DNA of 64,000 nt. Source: Trueperaceae bacterium. Lineage in GTDB: Bacteria > Deinococcota > Deinococci > Deinococcales > Trueperaceae. Position numbers and translations under genes: made by a program. Below the pieces are notes generated by a model. It ran no database searches, was not told the DNA's origin, and worked only from the letters and a program-made list of their open reading frames with translations. The stretch lies in contig JAXHLW010000013.1 in NCBI GenBank assembly GCA_034521815.1, forward strand, positions 1,152,001-1,216,000, in the 5' to 3' direction. Positions within the stretch are counted from its first letter, which is position 1. Each line of letters begins with the position of its first letter. Shown one piece after another: positions 53,553 to 64,000 of the stretch.

Positions 53553-55747
53553 GGCTGTTCGACGGGCGCTTGGTAGCGCGCGATCTCCGAGGGGCCGACG
53601 CGGACGATCTCGATGCGTTCGAGCGGCGTCTCCGCCGTGGCCTGCAGACCGGTCGCCGTGTCGATGGGCAGCTCGATCTCGAGCGCCGAGGCGAAGCCGC
53701 GATCGGGAAGCTCGGTGCCGACGGGGAACGCGCCCAGCGTGCCGCTCGGATCGGCCGCACCGGTGGCCCGGTCGAAGCGGAGAAACTCGATGCCCTCGGG
53801 AACGGGGAACCCGTCGGGCGAGGCCGGTCGGCCGCGCAGCGCAGCCTCGACGAACGCCTTCCAGACGTAGATCGGCTGCCGCGACGAGTTCACGAGATCG
53901 GTGCTGCCGTCGGCCAGCGTCATCGTCCGCGGAAGCGAGCGCCCCTGGTCGTAGCCGATCCATACCGCCGCGGTGATCTCGGGCGTCGTCCCGACGAACC
54001 AGATGTCCTTCTCGTCGTTCGTCGTGCCGGTCTTCCCCGCCACCCAGCGACCGTCGATGTCCGCTCGCCAGCTGAACGCGGTCGGCCCGCGGTCGGTCAC
54101 GTTGCCGTGCAGCAGGTCCAGGACCATGTAGGCGGTCTGCTCGGTCCAGACCTGGCTGCGCCTGGGCCTGGCCTCGTACAGCACGTTTCCTTCGGCGTCT
54201 TCGATGCGCGAGACGAAGTGCGGCTCGATCTGCACCCCCTCGTTCGCGAACGCGGTGAAGGCGCTGGCGTGCTGCAAGGGCGTCACCTCGAACGAGCCGA
54301 GCGCCAGCGAGTAGTACGGCTCGACGTCGTAGCCCAGCTCGCGCGCCCGCTCGGCGACGGCTTCGGGCGACGCGGCCTCGAGCGCCTTGACGGCGGGGAT
54401 GTTCCGCGACAGGTTCAGGTGCGCGCGGACGGTGGCGGCTCCGACGAAGGTCTCGTCGTGGTTGCCGGGCGCGTACGGCTGCTGGCCCCGCTGCTGAAAC
54501 TCGGTCTCCTCGTCCACCAGCACGGTCGCCTGCGTGAAGCCGGCCTCTTCGATCGCCGTGGCGTACGCGATCGGCTTGAACGAGCTGCCGGGCTGCCGCA
54601 GCGCCTGCGTGACGCGGTTGAACTCGCCCTCGCGAATCCCGGGCTGCAGCTTCTCGCCCACCATGGCCAATACGGCGCCGGTCTCGGGATCCAAGCCGAC
54701 GATCGCGAGCTGTGCGCCATCGGGAATCTCGGCGTCCAGCGACGCCTGGTTCGCGGCGGCCTGGGCCTGGACGTCGATCGTCGTCGTGACGCGGAGGCCT
54801 CCCCGGCCGAACACCGCCGCCTCGCCGAAGCGGTCGATCAGCCAGTTGCGGACGGCCACGACCACGTGCCAGTTCAGCTCGGAGCTGATCGATTCCTGAA
54901 CGACGACGCTCTCGCCGGTCGGCTCGGCGGACACGAGACCGCCCGCGCCATCGTAGGCGACGTTCCAGCCCCGCGGCTCGAGCGGATAGCGCCAGGCCCG
55001 CTCGGCCGCCTCTTCGCTGACGGTTCCCTGCCGAACCATCTTGTCCAGCACGTTGCGCATCGACGCCCGGGTCGTGGCGAAGTCGTCGTGGCGGGCGTTG
55101 GGCGCTGGGATCAGGCGGGCCAGGTAGAGTCCCTCGGCGAGGTTCAGCTCGATCGGATCCTTGCCGAAGTAGGTCTGCGCCGCGGCGCGGATGCCGTACA
55201 CGTTCCCGCCCCAGAACACCACGTTCACGTAGCGCTGAAGGATCTCGGCCTTCGTCAAACGGCGCTCGAGCTCGATCGCCAGCAACAGCTCCTTGGCCTT
55301 GCGCTCCAGCGAGCGCTCGTCGCGGATGTGCGACAGAACGGTGTTCTTGATGACCTGGGTGGTGATCGACGATCCGCCGCGCTCGCCACTGCCGAAGAAC
55401 TCCTCGTAGAACGCGCGGCCGATGGCGGGGAGATCGAAGCCGAAGTGCTCGAAGTAGCGATCGTCCTCGTACGCGACGATCGCCTGCAAGGCGGCCGGGC
55501 TGATCTCGTCCAGACCGACCGGAATCCGATTCGTCGACGCGCGGTCCTCGCCGGTGACGGGAACGATCAGACCGATCCGGCTACCGTCGCGCGCGTACAC
55601 CTCGCTGGTCGCGGTGAACTCGAGCGCCAGCACGGGCGCGAGATCGGGCAGCTCCTGCGACCACTCGAGCGCCGCGACGGCGAACCACGACCCGAGCGAG
55701 AGGACCGCGGCGAGCACCAGCAGGAACGATCCCTGGACGATCTTCAC
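53549..55747 (-). CDS. Class A penicillin-binding protein (PBP1A-like)
   Basis: EDDRYFEH, GGSSITTQ, RKAKE, PGSSFK, SRN and KTGT motifs. Confidence 0.92.
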   Translation of the reverse strand: MKIVQGSFLLVLAAVLSLGSWFAVAALEWSQELPDLAPVLALEFTATSEVYARDGSRIGLIVPVTGEDRASTNRIPVGLDEISPAALQAIVAYEDDRYFEHFGFDLPAIGRAFYEEFFGSGERGGSSITTQVIKNTVLSHIRDERSLERKAKELLLAIELERRLTKAEILQRYVNVVFWGGNVYGIRAAAQTYFGKDPIELNLAEGLYLARLIPAPNARHDDFATTRASMRNVLDKMVRQGTVSEEAAERAWRYPLEPRGWNVAYDGAGGLVSAEPTGESVVVQESISSELNWHVVVAVRNWLIDRFGEAAVFGRGGLRVTTTIDVQAQAAANQASLDAEIPDGAQLAIVGLDPETGAVLAMVGEKLQPGIREGEFNRVTQALRQPGSSFKPIAYATAIEEAGFTQATVLVDEETEFQQRGQQPYAPGNHDETFVGAATVRAHLNLSRNIPAVKALEAASPEAVAERARELGYDVEPYYSLALGSFEVTPLQHASAFTAFANEGVQIEPHFVSRIEDAEGNVLYEARPRRSQVWTEQTAYMVLDLLHGNVTDRGPTAFSWRADIDGRWVAGKTGTTNDEKDIWFVGTTPEITAAVWIGYDQGRSLPRTMTLADGSTDLVNSSRQPIYVWKAFVEAALRGRPASPDGFPVPEGIEFLRFDRATGAADPSGTLGAFPVGTELPDRGFASALEIELPIDTATGLQATAETPLERIEIVRVGPSEIARYQAPVEQP

Positions 55748-55802
55748 GGCGGCTACTGTACCAGCAGCATGCGTGTACCCGGCCGGGTCAGGCGGCGATC
55801 GG

Positions 55803-56744
<942 letters not shown>

Positions 56745-56855
56745 GGATACAGCCTCCCGGTTCGTGCTCGCTCTTCCATCATGCCGCTCCTGACCGCCCG
56801 CGTGCACCCTCGCAAGACACGAAGACGGGCCGGACCGGCCGTGCGCGCGTCGCGA

Positions 56856-57902
56856 TCAGCCCCGGCTGAACGCCACGTACCGCTCCAGCGTCCTCAGGCC
56901 CGCCCCATCGTCCAACAGCTCGCCGGCGCGCTCGACGCCCTCGGCGACGCTGCCCGCCAGATCGGCCAGGTACAGCGCGGCTCCGGCGTTGAACTGCACC
57001 ACGTCACGTTGCGGGCCTCTGCGCTCGCCGGACAGGATGGCGCGGGCCGCGACCGCGTTGTCGGCCGGGTCTCCGCCCAGCAGGGTCGCTCGCGGGGCAC
57101 GCTCCAAGCCGACGTCCTCGGGAACCAGCGAGTGCTCGACGATCTCGCCGTCCGGGCGGAGCTCGGACACGAACGTCTCGCCACTGATCGTGAAGTCGTC
57201 GAGACCGTCGCCGTGCACCACCAGGGCGCGCTCGAGCCCCAGGCCGCGCAGCACCTCCGCGAGCGTCCGGGTCAGTGCGGGGCTGTACACCCCCATCAGC
57301 TGACGCGACGCGCCTGCCGGGTTCGTGAGCGGGCCCAAGTTGTTGAAGATCGTGCGGGCCTTCAGGTCGGCGCGGATCGGGGCGACGAACCGCATCGCCG
57401 GGTGGTGCCTCCGTGCGAACAGGAAGGCGAGCCCGATCTCCTCGATCGCGCGCGACAGCCGATCTGGATCCAGATCGAGGCCGACGCCGAGGGCCTCGAG
57501 CACGTCCGCGGAGCCGCTCCGCTTCGTGACCCCGCGGTTGCCGTGCTTCGCGAGGCGGGCGCCACCGGCCGCAGCGACGAACGCCGCCGTCGTGCTGACG
57601 TTGATCGTGCTGACGCCGGTCCCGCCCGTGCCGCAGATGTCCAGCAGCGGGCCGTCGTCAGCGACCGGGACGCGGATCGACCGTTCGCGCATGGCCTCGG
57701 CGAACCCGATGATCTCGTCGACGGTTTCGCCTCGCGTGCGCAGCGCGGCGAGGAGGGCGGCGGCCTGCATCTGCGACAGCTCGCCGTCCATCAGCATGCC
57801 CATCACCTCGCGAGCCCGCTCGCGCGTCAGCGTGCGGCCCTCGAAGATGGTGGAGAGGGTGGTGGCGACGTCGAACGTGGACGATTCCGGTGCGTCGGTC
57901 AT
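56856..57902 (-). CDS. trpD: Anthranilate phosphoribosyltransferase
   Basis: DICGTGG, NVST, KHGNR, SGSADVLE and GPLTNP motifs. Confidence 0.95.
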   Translation of the reverse strand: MTDAPESSTFDVATTLSTIFEGRTLTRERAREVMGMLMDGELSQMQAAALLAALRTRGETVDEIIGFAEAMRERSIRVPVADDGPLLDICGTGGTGVSTINVSTTAAFVAAAGGARLAKHGNRGVTKRSGSADVLEALGVGLDLDPDRLSRAIEEIGLAFLFARRHHPAMRFVAPIRADLKARTIFNNLGPLTNPAGASRQLMGVYSPALTRTLAEVLRGLGLERALVVHGDGLDDFTISGETFVSELRPDGEIVEHSLVPEDVGLERAPRATLLGGDPADNAVAARAILSGERRGPQRDVVQFNAGAALYLADLAGSVAEGVERAGELLDDGAGLRTLERYVAFSRG

Positions 57903-58848
57903 GGCGTCTCCTTTTCACTGTCGATCTCGCCTCGCGGATCGCCCGACGACGGGGCGTCCGCCGCGCCTCGGGCGTCATCGCTGTTCCTTGCCTCGTCCCG
58001 TGCTCCTCGAGCGTACGCGCGCTCGTACGCGACGACGTCCGCGTCGATCCAGCGGGTCCACGGACCCGCCCACCAGATCCGTTTCGCCGCCAGCAGCACC
58101 GGATGCACGCCCAGCCACCAGGCGGTCGCGGCGTCGGCGCGGCGGCGGGCCAGACGACGGTGCGCGCGCCCTGCCCAGTACGCCTTGCCGGAATCGTCCC
58201 AGACGCGCCCGTGATGCTGGGCCCCACCACCGGGAACGTGCCGGAACACGGCACCGGCGTCGCGCAGTCGCAACGCCAGCTCCGGGTCCTCGCCACCGTA
58301 GCCGGTCCAGGCGGGATCGTACCCTCCGACCGCCTCGAACAACGCGCGCGGCACGCTCGTGTTCGCGCCGGTAGCGTTCATCCAATGCGCCCGACCGAAC
58401 GTCGTCCAGGTGCGCTCGAACGGCTCGCGGCGCCCACCGGTCCGCAGCTCGCCGGGGAGACGCAGCGTGCCGACGCCCACGGCCGTACGCACCGTGGCAT
58501 GAAGCGTCAGGTGCGCTGCGAGCGCGGTCGGATCGTGCGTACAGTCGTCGTCGCTGAGGAGGAGGACGTCTGCCCGCGAGTGCGCCGCCGCGAGGTTCCG
58601 CGCGCGCCCGACCGGCTGGTCCGAGCCGCCCGACACGTGCAGGGCGAACGGCAGAGCGGCTCGCTCGAGGCTGGCGCGTTGCCGCGCGGTCTCCTCCGGC
58701 GTCTCGTTCAGCCAGATGCGCCACTCGAAACGGTCGGGCGAAAGCGTCTGATCCCGAAGGCTCTCGGCCTTCAGGCGCAGCGCGTCGATACGCCCGCGAC
58801 TCGCGGTCACCACCGAGAGCTCGGGTCGCGCGGCACCGGGCCCGTCGC

Positions 58849-58852
<4 letters not shown>
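57899..58852 (-). CDS. Family 2 glycosyltransferase
   Basis: LSVV, ARNLAA, LLSDDDC (DXD) and GGYD...YGGEDPEL motifs; overlaps both neighbours by 4 nt. Confidence 0.85.
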
Positions 58853-59444
<592 letters not shown>

Positions 59445-59445
<1 letters not shown>

Positions 59446-60872
59446 CAGGCCAGTCCCTCGGTCGCCATCTCGACGGCGCGACGCAACGCGGCGAGCTTGT
59501 TGAGGCTCTCCTGGTACTCCGCCTCGGGATCGCTGTCCGCCACCACGCCACCGCCGGCCTGCAGGTGCAGGCGGCCGTTCGCCACGACCATGGTGCGCAG
59601 CGTGAGCGCCATGTCCATCGCCCCGTCCACCGACAGGTAGCCGAACGCGCCGGCGTACGGACCGCGCCGCGTCGGCTCGAGCTCGTCGATGATCTCCATG
59701 GCGCGGATCTTCGGCGCACCGCTGGCCGTGCCCATCGGCAGCGTCGCAGCCAGAGCGTCGAGCGGGGTCTTGCCTTCGGCCAGCTCCCCCTCGACGGTCG
59801 AGACGAGGTGCATCACGTGGCTGTAGCGCTCCACCCGCATCAGATCGCTGACCTGGACGGTGCCGTGGCGGCAGACCCGGCCCAGGTCGTTCCGACCCAG
59901 GTCGACGAGCATGACGTGCTCTGCGCGCTCCTTGTCGTCCGCCAAGAGATCGTCGGCCAGCTCGGCGTCCTCGGCGGGCGTGGCTCCCCGCTTGCGCGTG
60001 CCGGCGATCGGAAGCGTCTCGACCCGGCGGCCGTCGCTGCGGACGAGGCTCTCCGGGCTCGACGCCACCAGGGTGACCGGCCCGAGGTCCAGGTAGCCGA
60101 GGTACGGGCTCGGGTTGATCGCCCGGAGCGCCCGGTACACCGCGAACGGATGCACCCCCAGCTCGGCCGACATCCGCTGGCTGGGCACGACCTGGAACAC
60201 GTCGCCGGCATGGACGTACTCGACCGCCCGCCGCACCGCGTCCTTGTACGCCTCGCGGCTCATGTTCGGCTCGAACGCCGTCCGGCGACCGGCCCGGTCG
60301 CCGGGAACGCCGGGAAGCGGGGCTCGCAAGCGCGCGTGCGCCTCCTCGACCAGGCGTCGCGCTCGGGCCTCGTCCTCTTCGTCGCCGCTGGTCGCCGGCG
60401 CGACCAGGAACAGGCGGCGGCGTAGGTGGTCGAACACGACGACGACCTCGGGCTCGACGAACAGCATGTCGGGCACGCCCAGCTCGTCGGGGTTCGCGTC
60501 GGGCAGACGCTCGTAGCGACGCACCAGGTCGTACGCCGCATACCCCACCGCTCCGGCCCAGAACGGCGGAAGCTCGTCGGGCCGGATCGAGGGCCTTACG
60601 ACGCGGTCCCACAAGAGCTGGAGCGGATCGCCGCCGCGCACCGTCCTCGCACCGCTCGCGGTGGTGACGACGGTCTCGTCGCCGCGCGTCTCGATCCGGG
60701 CGCGCTGGCCGACGCCGATGAACGAGTAGCGCGCGATTCGCTCGCCCTGCTCCGCGGATTCGAGCAGGAACGACGGCGGGCCAGCGAGCTTCAGGTAGGC
60801 GGTGAGGGGGGTTTCGAGGTCGGCGAGGACCTCCTTGAAGATCGGTCGGACGGGGGGCATGGCCTCGGCCAC
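59445..60872 (-). CDS. trpE: Anthranilate synthase component I
   Basis: LLES, NPSPY, PIAGT, EHVMLVDLGRND and SGAPK motifs. Confidence 0.95.
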
Positions 60873-61064
60873 GGGAACCTCCAGGCGTGCTGAGCGGTCG
60901 GAGCGCGCCGGGCGCGCCGTGCGCGCCTCAGCGGGGCGTGGGGCGGTCGGTTCCGCGCCATCGCCCCCGCACGCCGGTCCACGCCTGCGTCCGCACGGCC
61001 GCGCCGACGAGGCTGCACCCGAGGGCGCCGCCTCGTGCCTGACGCGCGGCCGTGCGGAGGCCGG

Positions 61065-61866
61065 TCACTGAGGAGGCGTCCGATCCCCGAGGAACATGCC
61101 GATCGCGTGGAACCCGGCGTCGACGTGGACCGTCTCGCCCGTCACGCCGCCCGACAGGTCGGTCACGAGCGCGAACCCCATCCGGCCGACCTCGTCGGTG
61201 GTGATGTTGCGCTTCAGCATCGACTGCTTGCCGGCTTCGCCGTACATGTCGCCGAAGCCCGGCGATCGAGCGGGCGGCGACCGTTCGGACGGGACCGGCG
61301 CTGAGGGCGTTGACGCGGACCCCGGCCGGGCCCAGGTCGTACGCCAGGTAGCGCACGGACGCCTCGAGCGCGGCCTTGGCGACGCCCATCATGTTGTAGT
61401 GCGGCACGACCCGTTCGCCGGCCAGGTACGACATCGTCACGATCGCTCCGCCGTCGTCCATCAGCTCGGCGGCCCGGTTCGCGACGGCCACCAGCGAGTA
61501 CGCCGAGACGTCCATCGCCAGGCGCCAGTCGTCCCGGCTCGTCTGGCGGAACGGCTCGGAAAACGTGCTCGCCGGAGCGTACGCGATGGCGTGCACGACG
61601 AAGTCGAGGCGGCCGAGCTCGCGCTTCAGGCGTGCGAAGAGAGCGTCGAGCTGCGCGTCGTCGGTGACGTCGCACTCGGCCAGGATCGGATCGTTCATGT
61701 CCTTGGTCAGATCGTCCAGGGTCGGTTTCAGACGCTCGCCCTGGTAGCTGAACGCCAGGCGTGCGCCGGCGTCGGCGAGCGGTCGAGCGATCGACCAGGC
61801 GATCGAGCGCTGGTTCGTCACGCCCATCACCAGGCCGGTCTTGCCGCGCAGATCGATGGTGAACAC
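61065..61866 (-). CDS. fabI: Enoyl-ACP reductase FabI, frameshifted near 61258-61260
   Basis: GVTNQRSIAW and YNMMGVAKAALE motifs. The C-terminus (MY...LKRNIT..GETVHVDAG) lies in another frame ending at 61065. Confidence 0.92.
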
Positions 61867-61921
61867 GTCGTTACCTCCAGAATCGGGTCCGGTGGGGAGT
61901 GTACCGCAGGCGGCCGAAGCG

Positions 61922-62971
61922 TCAGCCGTCGCGCATGATTCGGTCGAACCGCTCGAGCGCGTCTCGAGCCTGGCCGGGCTCGCCCCGTTCCCGCCAGACC
62001 CGCGCCAGTCCTTCCCAGCCGGCCTCGCTGTACGGCTCGTGCTCGGTCATCCGCTGATACATGCCGGTGGCGGTCACCAGATCGCTGCCCTCGAGCGCCG
62101 CCTCGGCCGCACTTTCGAGAAGGGTGAGCTGCTCGCCCTGCAATACCGCGCGGAGGCTCTCGATCCACGACGACTCGAACTGCGCCAGGAACGGCCCCCG
62201 GTACAGATCGATCGCACGCAGGTAGTCCTCGTGGCGGCCGGTCGCTCTCGCCTGCTGCGCCAACGACCGGTAGCGGTCGACGTCGTAGTCGATGCTGAAC
62301 TTGTCGTGGAGGTAGTACCGGCGGTTGGCGGACTCGACCATCTCTCCGCCCATCACCTTGCGGAGACGGTAGAGCGTCGTGTGGAAGCTCGACGAGGCGC
62401 GGGACTCGGACTTGCCCGGCCAGAGCGCCTCGGCCACCTCGAACGTACCGACGCCGCTGCGATGCTCCAGCAGGTAGAACAGGAGCTCGAGCGCCTTGAG
62501 CGAGTCCCAGTCGAGGCGCTCGCCGTCCCGCTCGACGATCGGATGCCCGAAGCCGCGGGCCGTGACGGCGCCCTCGAGCGGTCGGCGAAGCTCGGCGACC
62601 CGGCGAAGACGGACCTCGACCGCCTCGGCGAGCTCCTCGCGGGCGAACGGCTTCGTCAGGTAGTCGTCCGCGCCCAGGCTCATCCCGCGACGCATCGTCC
62701 CGCGATCGTCGTGCGCGGTGAGGAACAGGAACGGGACCGACCTGAGCTCGGGCACCTCGCGAACGGCGGCGTAGAACTCGAACCCGTCGAGCGTCGGCAT
62801 GGTGATGTCGGACACGATCACGTCCGGCCGGAGCCCGCCGCGAAGCTCGTCCAGAGCGTCGCGCGGGTCGTCGAACGCCACCACCTCGTACCCCGACGAG
62901 GTCAGAGCGATCTCGGTCAGCTTGAGCATGCCGGGCTCGTCGTCGACGGCGAGCACGAGGGTCGAGGTCAC
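61922..62971 (-). CDS. Response regulator: receiver, winged HTH and BTAD-like domain
   Basis: VDDE, SDITMP, FLTA and KPF motifs, then FHTTLYRLRK and LYRGPFL...W. Confidence 0.88.
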   Translation of the reverse strand: MTSTLVLAVDDEPGMLKLTEIALTSSGYEVVAFDDPRDALDELRGGLRPDVIVSDITMPTLDGFEFYAAVREVPELRSVPFLFLTAHDDRGTMRRGMSLGADDYLTKPFAREELAEAVEVRLRRVAELRRPLEGAVTARGFGHPIVERDGERLDWDSLKALELLFYLLEHRSGVGTFEVAEALWPGKSESRASSSFHTTLYRLRKVMGGEMVESANRRYYLHDKFSIDYDVDRYRSLAQQARATGRHEDYLRAIDLYRGPFLAQFESSWIESLRAVLQGEQLTLLESAAEAALEGSDLVTATGMYQRMTEHEPYSEAGWEGLARVWRERGEPGQARDALERFDRIMRDG

Positions 62972-63028
62972 GGAGCGAGTCTACCCAGTCGAGGCGCTTC
63001 CGTGCACCTGCCGGCTGGCGTGCCCCTC

Positions 63029-63090
63029 GCGTCAGCCCCGCGTCAGCCCGCGTCAGCGCGTCAGCCCCGCGTCAGCAGAGCGTCAGCCCC
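63029..63090. repeat. Six tandem GCGTCAGC units
   Basis: Copies start at 63029, 63040, 63050, 63058, 63069 and 63080. Confidence 0.85.
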
Positions 63091-63274
63091 ACGTCTCGGT
63101 CGTCTGGAGATGGACGAGCGCGCTGAACTGGATCGCGCCGGAGGGAAGCGCGGTGGTGTCGAACCCCACCTCGACCACGACGGCGTCGGCGGGAAGCGTC
63201 TGGAGCGTGCGGGCGAGCCGCTCCTCGAACAGCGACACCTCGTTGGCGGTGACGACCTTCATCTCATGTCTCAT
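63083..63274 (-). CDS. Small hypothetical protein (63 aa)
   Basis: AAGGA RBS, overlap with the upstream gene and a globular-looking sequence. Confidence 0.65.
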   Translation of the reverse strand: MRHEMKVVTANEVSLFEERLARTLQTLPADAVVVEVGFDTTALPSGAIQFSALVHLQTTETWG

Positions 63275-63989
63275 GCCGGGGTTCCTTTCCGTGACGAGCG
63301 AGGACCGTCGGATCGTCGCCGATCAGCCCGCCGACGCCTGCTCGCGCGAGCTCCTCCATCCGGCCAGGATCGTTCACGGTCCAGACGTGGACGGGGAGGC
63401 CGCGCTCGCGGCAGCGAGCCAGGAGCGGGGCGGTCGCCTGGCGATCCTCGGGATGCAGTGCGTCGACGTGGAGCCAGCGGGCCGCGCGTCCCGAGCGCAG
63501 GCCGCGCGGCGCGTCGGGCGTGGTCAGCAGCGCGGTCCTCAGCCTGGGCGCGGACAGGCGGACCCGCGCCAGCGCGAGGGGGTCGAAGCTGGACACCAGC
63601 ACGCGATCGTCGAGCCCGCTGGCGCGCACCGCGGCCACCAGCTCGCGCTCCAGCGACCAGGAGCGGAACCAGGACGGAACGCTCTTGATCTCGAGGTTCA
63701 GCAACGTGCCCGGATGATCGCGGGCGATCCGGAACAGCTCCTGGACCGTCGCCATCCGCGGCTCCTGCCGACGCAGGCTCTCGAACGAGCTGGCTCGCAC
63801 CTCGCGTCCAGCGACGTCGAAATCGTGCCAGATCACCAGCACCCCGTCGGCCGAGCGCTGCACGTCCGTCTCGATGCCGTCGACGAGCGTCAGCGCGAGC
63901 TCGAACGCCTCGGCCGTGTTCTCCTCCCGCGGACCGCGCGCGCCGCGATGCCCGATCGCCCACGGCCGCTGACGCCGGACGCCCGGCAC
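63264..63989 (-). CDS. Glycerophosphodiester phosphodiesterase (start may lie outside window)
   Basis: GHRG, ENT, IETDVQ, NLEIK, SSFD and WTVND motifs. Confidence 0.9.
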   Translation of the reverse strand: MPGVRRQRPWAIGHRGARGPREENTAEAFELALTLVDGIETDVQRSADGVLVIWHDFDVAGREVRASSFESLRRQEPRMATVQELFRIARDHPGTLLNLEIKSVPSWFRSWSLERELVAAVRASGLDDRVLVSSFDPLALARVRLSAPRLRTALLTTPDAPRGLRSGRAARWLHVDALHPEDRQATAPLLARCRERGLPVHVWTVNDPGRMEELARAGVGGLIGDDPTVLARHGKEPRHET

Positions 63990-64000
63990 CGCACGAGGCC

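Noticed and set aside
60928-61866. 312-aa FabI with a novel C-terminal extension
   Set aside because: An artefact of the frameshift; the true C-terminus is in the frame ending at 61065.

Overview
High-GC bacterial chromosome segment, most consistent with Deinococcota (Trueperaceae-like). This is inferred from the RecJ C-terminal domain, the ArgS type and pervasive leaderless TANNNT promoters. Most of the window is housekeeping: plsX, rluD-like, a dpp/opp-type ABC operon without ATPases, rpsA, lemA-htpX, mnmA, recJ, alr, argS, lon, tpiA, argB, exbBD, ppc, tRNA-Leu(GAG), trmH, lipBA, ppa, pdxS/pdxT, PBP1A, trpE-trpG-GT2-trpD and fabI. The standout is a visibly lower-GC regulatory island at about 8.2-13.5 kb. 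It encodes an atypical NarL/LuxR regulator, a degenerate MalT/STAND-TPR-wHTH activator and an effector-less TPR protein. It also holds two elements the ORF track misses. One is a minus-strand transcript with a ~245-nt leader of repeated UUGGGAGR-loop hairpins, a 33-aa hydrophobic peptide and a terminator. The other is a ~95-nt plus-strand sRNA candidate with CU-rich loops and 23/25-nt complementarity to that leader. This resembles a tisB/istR-type type I toxin-antitoxin or a peptide-signalling circuit; the function is inference. Also notable are a TonB/TolA-like protein ending in DUF3048, a glycosyltransferase inside the trp operon, and three indels (recJ, an acidic lipoprotein, fabI) that probably reflect assembly errors.
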